From: Octopus vulgaris
Lineage: Eukaryota
Assembly: GCA_951406725.2 (NCBI GenBank)
Contig: OX597815.1
Coordinates: forward strand, 162,812,001 to 162,876,000
DNA length: 64,000 nt
Reading direction: 5' to 3'
Shown here piece after piece: positions 11,660 through 25,631 of this stretch. Each line of letters begins with the position of its first letter. Position 1 is the stretch's first letter. The translations under genes and the position numbers were made by a program. The notes beneath the pieces are model-generated. The model was given only the letters and a program-made list of their open reading frames with translations, was not told the origin of the DNA and did no database searches.

Positions 11660-11940
11660 AGCTTTATTTACCAAAAGTTGCTTGATGCATCCACTTATAG
11701 CTTTCTTGCTGCCTGTCTGTTTGTCCATGACTGTGACATTATACTTAATATGATCTTGAAGGAATTTATTCAAACAGCTTGTGTACAATTTGTACATAAT
11801 GTTAAGGCAAGTTATAAGCTTACAGTTCTCAGCCAAAATTGTGCCTTCCTTCTTGGAGAAATTTGCTTGCGCTATGACAAACCAGTTCAGTATGTCTATC
11901 TGCGTCCCTCTGGCTTTCCATAGTATTTTTGAAACATTTG
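11660..11940 (-). mobile_element. Continuation of the R4-like LINE RT fragment
   Basis: LITCLNIMYKLYTSCLN...GCIKQLLVNKAV, homologous to 14176-15108. Confidence 0.75.
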
Positions 11941-11959
11941 CGTGAGTGGCTTTGTTTAT

Positions 11960-13460
<1,501 letters not shown>

Positions 13461-13714
13461 TAAATATATTTTGTTTACCTCTTGTCTCTGAAGAAAATTT
13501 TTAGAAATTATGAATTTATTATGCATAGCATTCATATACACTCCCTGTTGAATTTGCTATCTATATTCATGCCACTGGGCCCCGCTTCCATTTTTTATAT
13601 TTTCTCTTAGTTCTTTTTCCAGTTTAATTATGCAAATTACGCTTGAGCAAAAATGTTACTCGACTGCCTTGTATATATCAAAATGATTATGCTTGGTTCA
13701 AAAAGGAGAATGGC

Positions 13715-13762
13715 AACACTGTGCTGATGATGCACATTAAGATAGAAACATATGTTACTGTT
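13715..13762 (+). ncRNA. Degenerate hammerhead
   Basis: gug CUGAUGA ugcacauuaagaua GAAA cauaug U uac. Palindromic stem III acauaugu, poor stem II, cleavage nucleotide apparently lost. Confidence 0.4.
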
Positions 13763-13979
13763 CTTTACCTGCGTAGTAAATAGGAGGATGTTTCTTTTCT
13801 TTCTAGCATATTATTTCATTTAGTATTAACCTTAATTTCTTGAAGCTGTCACCCTTTTTCATTCAGTTGCTGCTAGGTTTTTGGTCTGTCTGCAAAGGGA
13901 AATTTTATATGATTATAGAGATAGAAATACAGATTGATAGATATACAGAGAAAAACAGAGGTAGTAAGCCTTGTTTTCA

Positions 13980-15450
13980 TTTTAGGTAGAGGCAGTCTAT
14001 GTCACTGTTTATGTGGAAATTATTAGTATTTTTCAGGTTTTCACATCAAGGGCTTGGATCTCATCTGGCATCCAATCAAGTAGCCCAAATGTTGGTATGA
14101 GTACAGGCACTGCAAACACATTGTAAGCCACTGTTTTATTAAATGCAGGAGTTCTGAGGTCCAAATTTTCTTTATTCAGCTGTAATATTCTTTAGTGACA
14201 CCTGTTTTGTTATAGATGTCATTATAAGATATGTTTTCATCCACCCCTAGATACCTGTAATGTTCCTCGTCAGATATAGGGAAAATAGTCAAATCATTGA
14301 TGGAAATGTTGCTAGCCTGGTTTATAGTTTTCCTCCTTTTTACAACCATATAACAACATTTATCCTGACCAAACGCCAACCCTACATCCTTTGAGGATGT
14401 TGTAACTAGGTCAAGGCTCTTTTTCATCTCATGCATATTCTTTGCATAAAGTTTCAAGTCATCCACAAAGAAGCAGTGTGTAATTCTGCTATTTTTGTTT
14501 CCTTGTGAACCAGAGAGATATCCTTCAGACTTTATAAACATGAATGACAAAGGGTTTACAGAAAGTATAAACAACATCACATAGAGGCTGTTCTCTTGGA
14601 ATATGCCTTTGTGATACTGTATTCTGTCAGTGATATTACAGTTACTCCTTGTGTTTAATTTCAAGATGGTGGCCTGCGATGAAGTCAGGTCAGCAATGGC
14701 TTTGAATATGCTCACTGCAACTTTAGCAAGTTGAAGGCCTAGCATCCATGAGAGGAGAACAGAGTCAAAGGCTTTCTTGTAGTCTAGCCACATTGAAACT
14801 AGGATCTTCCTATGCTTCTTCCTATGCTCTTGCACCTCTGACAAAACAGTTTTGTTGATTATCAATTGCTCGGCACATCCCCAGACTCTCTTCTTCCCAG
14901 CTGCTTTTTCTGCTGTGATGTTATTGGTTTCATAATGGTCCTGGAGGAACAGGTTTAAACATGCTGTATCTATCTTATACATTAAGTTCTGGCATGCAAT
15001 TGGCTGGTGGTTCTGCATTTGGGGATCAATTTTGTCTCTGCCAGAGCTAACCCAATGAAAGCTTGCTGGTACAGATACAGTTGGTAGACAGTTAGCTTCT
15101 TGTACCAATATCCAACAGTCAAGTCTTCCAGGTGCTTTTCCATCCTGGAGTTTCTGGATGTTGCAAGAGTTTCACCATCAATGTTGTATGTCTTGGATGT
15201 AATGCAGGAGCAATAACTTCTTCGGATTTCTCCCAGCCACAGAGCATCTTGGTTAAACTCCTCTTCACTCCAGATTTTCCTCTAGGAGTCTATCTCTTCT
15301 CATGAAGGAGCTTCTATGCTGTTCACTGCTCCTCCTCTCTTGTCTCTATATACTGCTGCCTGATTTTGGTTAAATTTTTTGTTTATTGCTCTTCTCTCAG
15401 TTATTCTCTTTTGATGTTAGAGTTTTTCACTGACAGCTTTAAGCTCCTGC
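13980..15450 (-). pseudogene. R4/Dong-like non-LTR retrotransposon reverse transcriptase fragment (ORF 14176-15108)
   Basis: WLDYKKAFDSV, KGIFQENSL, THCFFVDDLKLYA, FGQDKC and YRYLGV RT motifs, with frameshifts and stops on both sides. Confidence 0.9.
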
Positions 15451-15812
15451 CATATATTTATAAGATCAATGTTTGTTGCTATATCAAGTTAAATATAAGA
15501 ACAGTTTAATATTAAACTGAAGGATTACACAATACTTTTTTGTAGATTATATATTCATTAATTCTTGAAAGGTAAAATTTGACAGTAATTTCAAAGATTT
15601 AGTTTGCTTGCTTTCATCTGATAGTCTGCTAAACAAGCCAAAGCTGTCAAACTTTTCCTTGTAAAAGTTGATATATGCATGTATATATGTGTGTATGTGT
15701 ATCTATGTATGTATGTGTGCATGTGTGTGTGTTTGTTTGTGTGTGTAAGTATATTATGCATATATATATATACACACGTGCACATACAAGCATACATACA
15801 CACATACATACA

Positions 15813-15845
<33 letters not shown>

Positions 15846-15876
15846 CTGTAATATAATATGTGATAATTATTCGGTT

Positions 15877-15947
15877 GCCATACTAAAGCTCTGAGTTTCG
15901 GATGTTGGGGCTGAAGCCTGCTCCGGCATCTCGTCAGTTATCGAGGC
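15877..15947 (-). ncRNA. Type I hammerhead (family A), cleavage site mutated
   Basis: gccucgauaa CUGACGA gaug...cauc c GAAA cucagag CU; U16.1->C. Confidence 0.7.
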
Positions 15948-16663
15948 AATTAAAATATGCTATGAAAATGACCGTTAAACAAAGGGAAATTACTATGTAA
16001 TTGACCATTATTAAGACAAAAGAGCTATTAGAATAAGGGAAAGAAACTGAAGGGGAAGAAGTAAAAAGTAAAGGAAGTGAGCATATGCATATATAGCATG
16101 TACTTATTTTAGATGTACATTTGAATATAACTGTGCGCATATGGGTACGTGCATGTGTGTGTGTGTGCACAGATATACATATGTGTACATCGTGCATGTG
16201 TGCAGGTATGTATATATATACATGTATATGTACATGTGTATGGTTGCATGTATGTGTGGGTGTACATGCATGTGTTCCATGCAAATGTAAGCGAGCATAT
16301 AGCATGTGCACATTTTTAACTGTGCATGCATATGGGTATGTGCATGCGTGTGTGTGTGCATATGTGTGTGTGGATTTGTATAAGTATACATGCGTGGTCA
16401 TATATATATATATGCATCTATTTGGCATATATGTGGGTGCACATGTGTGTGTTTCATATGAGTCTGAGTGAGCATATGCATATAGGCACATGTACAGATG
16501 GAGGGGTGCACATATGCAATTGCTATGCACTCCTTTATTTTTTACTTCCTCCCCTTCGGTTTTTCCCTTATTTAACAGTCATTCTAAGAGCTCTTGTCTT
16601 AATAACGGTCAATTACATTGTAATTCCCCTTTATTTAAGTCATTTTCATAGCATACTTTAATT

Positions 16664-16734
16664 GCCTCGATAACTGAAGAGATGCTGGAGCAGGTTTCTG
16701 CCCCGCCATCTGAAACTCTGAGTTTTATTATGGC
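16664..16734 (+). ncRNA. Type I hammerhead (family A), GUU triplet
   Basis: gccucgauaa CUGAAGA gaug...cauc u GAAA cucugag UU uuauuauggc. Confidence 0.75.
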
Positions 16735-16830
16735 GAGTGAATAATTGTTACATATTATATTACAGATAAATTCCTCTATTTACATAATATCGAGGCATCT
16801 TTCATTCTTTTGCTGCCTTACCATTACTAT

Positions 16831-16887
<57 letters not shown>

Positions 16888-17070
16888 CATGCATATATAT
16901 ATATAACACGAATGACAAAAGAACAGGAGATACATAATTGCCTTAAGTATCTTACAGTTGTTTCTGCAAAAGCATCTTTCTTGGAGCTATGTCTACATTC
17001 ATATAATTATATCTGTTTACCTGTCTGTCTCTTTGTATGTATGTATGTATGTATGTATGTATGTGTTTTT

Positions 17071-17121
<51 letters not shown>

Positions 17122-17144
17122 AGATAGATAGATAGATAGATAGA

Positions 17145-17351
17145 GAGAGAAATTCTTATCAGGTGATTGTAGTTATCTATAATAAAAAAAAAAGCAACAA
17201 GTCCTTTTCTAGAAACATAGTAGTATATTTTGTGTATTATTTCCTTTACAGTTTGATAAGATGTTTTAATATTCATATCTTTTGTGCTGTAAAAGAAACC
17301 AAGTGTTAAAACAGCTGTATATGTTGTCAGCTTGTGAGTAAATAATAAACC

Positions 17352-17416
<65 letters not shown>

Positions 17417-17760
17417 GAAGATAGCTATGGCTGGTCTATGGGGTTTACACAGGCTATAAAGCACTTGGTTTCTTTTACAGCACAAAAGATATGAATATTA
17501 GAACATCTTATGAAACTGTAAAGGAAATAATACACAAACTATACTAGTATGTCTCTAGTAAAGAGCTTGTTGCTTTTTTTTTTTTATTGTAGATGACTAC
17601 AATCACCCGATAAGAATTTCTCTCTTAGCTTTACAGTGTCTCATCAGACCCTAATGGCCAGTGATTTATTTATGTCTGATGAGATGCTGTAAAGCTAAGC
17701 ACCTCATGGATGTGAAACCCTGGGTGTTTCCCATAGAGTGGCCATAACTATCTTTATCCA
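17145..17760. mobile_element. Nested foldback complex of pLTR fragments
   Basis: Three inverted pairs: 17145-17305 / 17463-17624; 17625-17649 / 17674-17698; 17419-17444 / 17730-17753. Confidence 0.7.
17671..17736 (+). ncRNA. Degenerate hammerhead (family B)
   Basis: CUGAUGA gaugcuguaaagcuaagcaccucauggaugu GAAA cccuggg UG. Homologous to the HHRs at 59405 and 59531; H17 mutated to G. Confidence 0.55.
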
Positions 17761-17864
17761 AATACTCTACTGCTCTATACGTTAGAGTGTGCATCTCTTT
17801 TGGATTTGATTTGATGATATTGTATGTATGTATGTATATATATATATATATATAAGAAATAATA

Positions 17865-17903
<39 letters not shown>

Positions 17904-18100
17904 AAATAAGAAAATGGAGGAATACACCTTAATCAATAATCAACTACCAGATAATACCCATTCACATAATTTATTAACCAACTACATATGAACATCAAGG
18001 TCAAACACAATAATACAGAACAAAACAGTGCACATCAATGAGTAATATGATACAATAAGTACAATACGTATAAATAAATATAAATATGAATATAAACTAT

Positions 18101-18227
18101 ATCTTACAGCTGTTTCAGCCATGTAGATATGAGTATCTCATTATGCACATATTAGCCAGGTGTGATAAGTTAATATGTGGTTATAAATGAGACACTCACA
18201 TATATATCCCAAGGCCTCTTCAGAGAT
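18101..18227 (-). ncRNA. Type I hammerhead with ~100-nt extended stem II
   Basis: Minus strand: aucu CUGAAGA ggcc...ugagugucucauu...cacauauua/uaauaugug...aaugagauacuca...ggcu GAAA cagcug UA agau. Confidence 0.75.
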
Positions 18228-18340
18228 TATAAAGTACAATCCAAATATGAATATAAGAGAAGGTACACCTGTACAAGAATGAGTACATATACATAAAATA
18301 TAATATACACACTTATATGTATGTGTATATTATATATACT

Positions 18341-18673
18341 TGACTCCGGGACTTATTCTTTGTAAGCCCAGTACTTATTCTATCGGTCTCTTTTGCCGAA
18401 CCGCTAAGTGACGTGGACATAAACACACCAGCATCGGTTGTCAAGCAATGCTAGGGAGACAAACACAGACACACAAACACACACGCACACATATATATAT
18501 ATACATATATACGATGGGCTCCTTTCAGTTTCCGTCTACCAAATCCACTCACAAGGCTTTGGTCGGCCCGAGGCTATAGTAAAAGACACTTGCGCAAGGT
18601 GCCACGCAATGGGACTGAACCTGGAACCATGTGGTTGGCTAGCAAGCTACTTACCACACAGCCACTCCTGCGC

Positions 18674-18674
<1 letters not shown>
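18341..18674 (-). mobile_element. tRNA-derived SINE family 1
   Basis: Reverse complement of the 23219-23634 type. Confidence 0.85.
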
Positions 18675-18766
<92 letters not shown>

Positions 18767-18832
18767 TATGTATATATATGTATATATATATATATATGTA
18801 TATATATGTATATATATATATATATATGTATG

Positions 18833-18886
<54 letters not shown>

Positions 18887-19016
18887 TATTTATCATTTAA
18901 TTGAATGTGATACATTCATTTCCAAGTGAATGTATGTGTATATATATATATATATATATTTATAATATATTATTTATCATTTAATTGAATGTGATACATT
19001 CATTTCCAAGTGAATG

Positions 19017-19048
<32 letters not shown>

Positions 19049-19075
19049 CATAATATATGTGACAATTATTCGGTT

Positions 19076-19146
19076 GCCATAATAAGACTCTGAGTTTCGG
19101 ATGTCAGGGCAGAAACATGCTCCGGCATCTCATCAGTTATCGAGGC
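19076..19146 (-). ncRNA. Intact Type I hammerhead ribozyme (family A), predicted cut between 19086 and 19085
   Basis: gcc ucg auaa CUGAUGA gaug [ccggagcauguuucugcccuga] cauc c GAAA cucagag UC uuau uau ggc. Confidence 0.85.
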
Positions 19147-19233
19147 TATCACTTGCATGATGTTGTCCACAGAAACATGATGTAGCCTATACATGTGGTA
19201 TGTATGTATGTATGTATGCATGCATATATATAT

Positions 19234-19483
19234 ACACCAGCATCGGTTGTCAAGCAATGCTAGGGGGACAAACAGAGACACACAAACACACACACACACA
19301 TATATATATATACATATATACGATGGGCTCCTTTCAGTTTCCGTCTACCAAATTCACTCACAAGGCTTTGGTCGGCCCGAGGCTATAGTAAAAGATACTT
19401 GCGCAAGGTGCCACGCAAGGGGACTGAACCCGGAACCATGTGGTTGGTTAGCAAGCTACTTACCACACAGCCACTCCTGCGCC
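19234..19483 (-). mobile_element. tRNA-derived SINE family 1 (duplicated copy)
   Basis: Near-identical to 18424-18674. Confidence 0.85.
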
Positions 19484-19489
19484 TATATA

Positions 19490-19534
<45 letters not shown>

Positions 19535-19541
19535 GTATATG

Positions 19542-19677
<136 letters not shown>

Positions 19678-19774
19678 TATCATTTAATTGAATGTGACAC
19701 ATTCATTTCCAAGTGAATGTATGTGTATATATATATATATATATATACATAATATATGTGACAATTATTCGGTT

Positions 19775-19845
19775 GCCATAATAAGACTCTGAGTTTCGGA
19801 TGTCAGGGCAGAAACATGCTCCGGCATCTCATCAGTTATCGAGGC
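19775..19845 (-). ncRNA. Intact Type I hammerhead ribozyme (family A), predicted cut between 19785 and 19784
   Basis: Identical to 19076-19146. Confidence 0.85.
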
Positions 19846-19971
19846 TATCACTTGCATGATGTCGTCCACAGAAACATGACGTAGCCTATACATGTGGTAT
19901 GTATGTATGTATGTATGTATGTATGTATGTATGTATGTATGTATGCATGCATGCATGCATGTATGCATGCA

Positions 19972-20021
<50 letters not shown>

Positions 20022-20051
20022 TATGTATATATATGTCTGTGTATGTATGTA

Positions 20052-20268
20052 TAAGGTGAGGTGGCAGAAAAGTTAGCATGTTGAATGCAATGTGCTTCAC
20101 AGTAGTTCTGGCTCTTCAAGATCTGAATTCAAATCTTGTTGTGATCAGCTTTGCCTTTCAATCTTATTTGGGTAAAAAAAAAATGAAGCACCAGTCAAGT
20201 ACAGGGGTTGAGGTAATTGACTAAGCACCTCTCACTTAAACTGCTGTTGTGCCAAAATTAGAAACCAC
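20052..20268 (+). mobile_element. SINE family 4
   Basis: ctgaattcaaat...ctttgcctttca...gtgccaaaattagaaac, as at 57622 and 35065. Confidence 0.65.
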
Positions 20269-20417
20269 AACATATATACATATATATGAATTGAACATGT
20301 AAGAGAAGTGATTTGGAAGAATTGATGTTTATTCCTTTTGCTTACAGCTGTTTCCTAATCATGTTAGTTGCATAATAGGTATTACATCAGCATTCATGCC
20401 TATATAAAATATACATA

Positions 20418-20780
20418 TAATTAGGGCTCAGTAAAATAAATTACTTTGCCACATACTGAAATTTTTTAGAAATAGCAGCCCAAAAAGTTTGTAGCTATTT
20501 CCACTACTTTAAGAAAAAGTCTCCCAGATAGTGTTTACTCAAAAATAACTTATTTTTGAGTAAACACTATCTGGGAGACTTTTTCTTAAAGTAGTGGAAA
20601 TAGCTAAAAAATTTTTGGGGCTGCTATTTCTAAAAATTTCAGTATGTGGCAAAGTAATATATTTTACTGAGCCCTAATTATATAACGTAATATTTTGAAT
20701 TTGCTTTGAATGGTCCTTTTACATACTGAACACTACTTGGTGAAATTATTTAATAACTAATTGATTTTACCCTTAATTAT
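20418..20780 (+). mobile_element. Near-perfect 260-bp palindrome plus tail (foldback element)
   Basis: 20418-20549 is inverted to 20551-20680, centre caaaaataacttatttttg. Confidence 0.85.
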
Positions 20781-21060
20781 TAATAAAATATACATATAAA
20801 TATATATGTACACTGATATGTACAAGCGTGCTGAGAAATTAACTAACAGACTAATGTTCAGAACAATTCATGATAGTTCAAAACATCAATTCTACTCCAG
20901 AAAGCAAGCTGAACCAATATAAGGGATCTGTTTGATTCTTTGGAACCCTATTATTACTATATATACATTCGTGTGTGTGTGTGTATGTGTGTGTGTGTGT
21001 TTGTGTGTATGTTTGTGTGTATGTGTATATATAATGTGCATGGATACTCTGTTTTTCTTT

Positions 21061-21268
21061 TACTCTCTTTTACTTGTTTCAGTCATTTGACTGTTGCCAT
21101 GCTGGAGCACCACCTTTAGTTGAGAAAATTGACCCCAGAACTTATTCTTTGTAAGCCTAGTACATATTCTATCGCTTTCTCCCGCTAAGTTACGGGGACG
21201 TAAACATTCCAGCATTGGTTGTCAAGCCATGTTGACGGGACAAACGCAGACACACAAATACACACACA

Positions 21269-21316
<48 letters not shown>

Positions 21317-21497
21317 TATATATATACATATATATGACTGGCTTCTTTCAGTTTCCGTCTGCTAAATCCACTCACGAGGCTTTGGTTGGCCTGAGGCTAT
21401 AGTAGAAGACACTTGCCCAAGGTGCTACGCAGTGGGATGGAAACCGGAACCATGTCATTGGTAAGCAAGCTACTTACCACACAGCCACTCCTACGCC
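21061..21497 (-). mobile_element. tRNA-derived SINE family 1, full length
   Basis: Reverse complement of the 23219-23634 type. Confidence 0.85.
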
Positions 21498-22078
21498 TAT
21501 ATATTGAAATTATGCACTTAACTCTGGTTGAACAAAGCAATGAAGATATTGACAACATCACTAGTTGTTCTTTGCTTTTGAAGACTATGAGAATAAAAAA
21601 ATTTCAGAAAATCATCCTTTACTTGTAAACAGGTAAATGTTAGCATCAGGAAGAGCATCTGATCATAAAATTCTGCCGCTAATAATTTCTCATCCAGATC
21701 CATGCTTGTATGGAAAACTGAACAACTAATGAGAAAATGAGTGAAACAAGCAGATGCATATGAATATACACAAACAAACACACTCTTTCTTTCGTACACA
21801 CATACATATACATTTTGGAGGTGTGTATACTTCGCACATGCACACATTTACATATATACATATGTATTATGTATATATTAATATGTGAATACATCTATAT
21901 ATACCTATATAAATATACATATTTATTATATATATTTATATATATTTACATGCACATATGTACTTGTATGATATATGTACATATAAATGTGTGTGTATTT
22001 ATATATACGCATATATATCTTCCATATATATATAAATATATATGTATACATATATGAGTATTAATATGTATGTGTGTG

Positions 22079-22112
<34 letters not shown>

Positions 22113-22447
22113 TACACACTTTCACACATGCACACACATGCACTCACACACAAACACACACACACATGCATGCACATACACACACACAAGCATACTTATG
22201 TATACATTGTTAAAGCCTGCCTAAATATATAAAAAGCATTCCAAATTACATTTCAATAAATTACATAAAGAATATGACAAATGGATAATAAAAATGCTTC
22301 TCTGACAATGAACTCTGTATTCTCCAGCATTACTTTCTGATTTACAACTGGCTTTAGAAGCAATTGTTATGTCTGCAAAAGTAAAAAAAAAAAAAAAAAA
22401 ATCCCCCAAAGTAACACACTCCCCAAACAAACACACACACACTTGCA

Positions 22448-22502
<55 letters not shown>

Positions 22503-23218
22503 AAAACCTATAATAAATCAAGAAAAAAAAGAAGGAATAAGAACTATTGACTGTTTAGGAACTAGTTTCTTTGTCTGGAGAATTGTGTTCAGTTCTCTTG
22601 TTTAAAAGTTTCATGGTTATATTGAGTTTGGTGTGTATGCATGTGTATATGTGTGTGTGTATGTGTGTGTGTGTGTGCATGTATGTATGTGTGTGTGTGC
22701 ATGGCTGCATGTGTGTGTATATGTGCATGTGCTCACATGTGTGTGGGTATGTGTGTGTGTGTGTTTATTTTTATGATTTTGTGTGCATGTGTGTGTGAGT
22801 TGTTTGTATTTCTATAGAAGTTTCATGAAATTAACAACAAAAAAAACCCCAAAAAACAACACAATTTTATCATCTCCCCTCCACCACTTCCCTGCTATTC
22901 CCTCACGAGGATTTTGTTATAATATTCATTTTCTGAAACATATTCTTGATTTCTGTTGCCAGTAGCTTTAATTAGTGAGGGTTTCAAATATCAGATATCA
23001 AGAAAACAATGCCCTCTGATTGTTTTTGTTGTTTAATTCCTGGATATGGTTGAGCGAACCTATGATTGCAAGAGTCCCAGCCATGATTGCTCACTTTCCT
23101 CACCTTCATGGTTCAATGGAGGGAAAGATGACTGCAGCAAGGGAGACCTGTGTGAATTTTCAAAATACCTGTGTAAGATTTTGCAGATTAAATTTGTTTT
23201 TAGATTGAATTACACACT

Positions 23219-23634
23219 AGGAGTGGCTGTGTGGTAAGTAGCATGCTTACCAGCCACATGGTTCCGGGTTCAGTCCCACTGCATGGCACCTTGGGCAAGT
23301 GTCTTCTACTATAGCCTCAGGCCGACCAAAGTCTTGTGAGTGGATTTGGTAGATGGAAACTGAAAGAAGCCTGTCGTATATATATGTATATATGTATGTG
23401 TGTGTATGTGTTTGTGTGTCTGTGTTTGTCCCCCCCCCCCAACATCGCTTGACAACTGATGCTGGTGTGTTTACGTCCCCGTAACTTTGCGGTTCGGCAA
23501 AAGAGACTGATAGAATAATTACTAGGCCTACAAAGAATAAGTCCTGGGATCGATTTGCTCGACTAAAGGTGGTGCTCCAGCATGGCCACAGTAAATGACT
23601 GAAACAAGTAAAAGAGTAAAAGAGTAAGAGAGTA
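23219..23634 (+). mobile_element. tRNA-derived SINE family 1 (CORE-like), full length
   Basis: tRNA-like head tggctgtgtggtaag...ggttcagtccc, CORE-like ggcaccttgggcaagtg, internal microsatellite, (aaaagagt)n tail. Confidence 0.85.
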
Positions 23635-24310
23635 ACATGTTAAAAAAAAAAAATCAATGTTGAATTACCAAGTGTTTCTCCTCACATAACTTATAGAAAA
23701 AAATTTTTAATGACTACAGCAGACTACAGAGAATGGGAGGAGGCAAGTAAGACATCTTTATCATCCACTGCATCTGCTTCCATCCCCTGTCATCTTTACC
23801 TGGTTTTCTCACTGGATTGTAGATGGCCACAGACAAAAGAGTGAGATTGATAGTGCACAGCTCTTTTCCCCTTTAAACAAAGTCAGCGCACAAGTCATCA
23901 GTCATCCTTGAGGACAACTAGATTGTCCTTGTCATTCTCACAGATGAGCATGACTAAGAATGTGAATTGAGGGCAATTTGATTGCTGTATCTAGCATATT
24001 GAAAGATTCTGTATAAGCTTTCTGAATGGTTCATGAAAACACAAGAGACTAATATAAATTCTATCTGTAGTAAGTTTATAAACTACTTTTAAAGCATCAT
24101 AATTATTCAGCTGCTTGTTCTTCAGTTTTTCTTCTACATTTGGCTGTCTGTCATGAAATGTCTAATAGTGTTTTAATTTTCATTAGTTATTTAGTCAAAA
24201 CTTTGTGACCATATCATATTTATATTTATAATGAAATATCTGATAGTAATTGTTTCATTTGAGTTTTCTGTCATTTGTTGTGTTGTGCATCAGATATAGA
24301 ATTTTCTTTT

Positions 24311-24544
24311 ATTCTTTTACTTGTTTCAGTAATTTTGACTGTGCCCATGCTGGAGCACCGCTTTTAGTCGAACAAATCGACCCCAGGACTTATTCTTTGT
24401 AAGCCTATTACTTATTCTATTGGTCTCTTTTTTGCTGAACCACTAAGTTACAGGGATGTATACATACCAACATCAGTTGTCAAGCAAAGGTGGGAAGACA
24501 AACACAGACACACAAACAAATACATATATGCACACACACACACA

Positions 24545-24590
<46 letters not shown>

Positions 24591-24888
24591 AGGAGATTTC
24601 ACAAAAAACAAAAGACGAAGACAGGTGGTGTAGACAACAAACAGATGTATTAGTTTAACGCTCAGATGCATGTATATATATATATATATATATATATATG
24701 CATACATACATACATACCTTTTATATGATGGGCTTCTTTCAGTTTCTGTTTATCAAATCCACTCACAAGGCTTTGGTCGGCCCGAGGCTATTGTAGAAGA
24801 CACTTGCCCTAGGTGCCACATAGTGGGACTGAAACCAGAACCATGTGGCTGGAAAGTAAGCTTCTTATCAAACAGCCCTTCCTGTGGC
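24311..24888 (-). mobile_element. SINE family 1 with a pLTR fragment (24588-24666) inserted in its internal microsatellite
   Basis: SINE halves flank an insert matching 1620-1682. Confidence 0.75.
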
Positions 24889-24911
24889 TATGTAAAATAT
24901 TTTTTACTGTA

Positions 24912-25108
24912 AGCACAAAGCCTGGAATTTTCAAGGAGTGGGATAGGTAATTACATCACCCTCAGTGCTCTACTGTTAGTTTATTTTATCAGGCCTAAAG
25001 GGACGAATGACAAAGTCAACCTGGTAAAATTTGAACTCAGAACACAAAGACAAAATGCTGCTAACTTTTTTGTCCAGCATGCCAATGATTCTGTCAGCTT
25101 GCTGCCTT
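24912..25108 (-). mobile_element. SINE family 4
   Basis: Reverse complement of the 57622-57825 type. Confidence 0.65.
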
Positions 25109-25207
25109 CTGGATAGAAAATAACAATGCTAAGATTGTTTCAGGTTGATGCAGCTCTACAGAAGAAGGGTTGGATTAATTATTTGATATGGAGTATAGGA
25201 AGAGAGT

Positions 25208-25562
25208 GGAGGTGCATAGCTTAGTGGTTAGGGTGTTGGACTCATGATCTTAAGATTGTGGTTTCGATCCCTAGATTGGGTTATGCATTGTGTTCTTGAG
25301 CAAAATACTTCATTTCACATTGCTCCAGTCTACTCAGTTTACAAAAATGAGTAATCCTGCAATGGACTGGTATTCTGTCCAGAGAGGAGTATATAAAGAA
25401 TATATAGGCGTGGCTGTGTGGTAAGAAGCTTGCTTCCCAACAACATGGTTCTGGGTTCAGTCCCACTGCATGACATCTTGGGCAAGTGTCTTCTACTATA
25501 ACTTCAGGCTGACCAAAGCCTTGTGAGTGGATTTGGTAGATGGAAACTGAAAGAAGCCTATC
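25208..25562 (+). mobile_element. Two adjacent tRNA-derived SINE fragments
   Basis: ggaggtgcatagcttagtggttaggg head, then a family 1 head at ~25407. Confidence 0.65.
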
Positions 25563-25564
25563 AT

Positions 25565-25631
<67 letters not shown>

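Larger units (their letters stand above)
15846..16830 (+). mobile_element. Large foldback pLTR-like element, ~240-bp arms each carrying an HHR, spacer of degenerate (TG/CA) repeats
   Basis: 15846-16085 is inverted to ~16520-16767. Tail 16768-16830. Confidence 0.8.

Noticed and set aside
20339-20393. Minus-strand GAAAcagcugUA with upstream cugaugu (similar half-motif at ~16950)
   Set aside because: The core spacing is broken. At best it is a very decayed HHR remnant.
23219-23290. tRNA genes at SINE heads (also 4990-5064, 11347, 44428)
   Set aside because: The A/B-box-like heads continue into SINE bodies and lack a complete cloverleaf.
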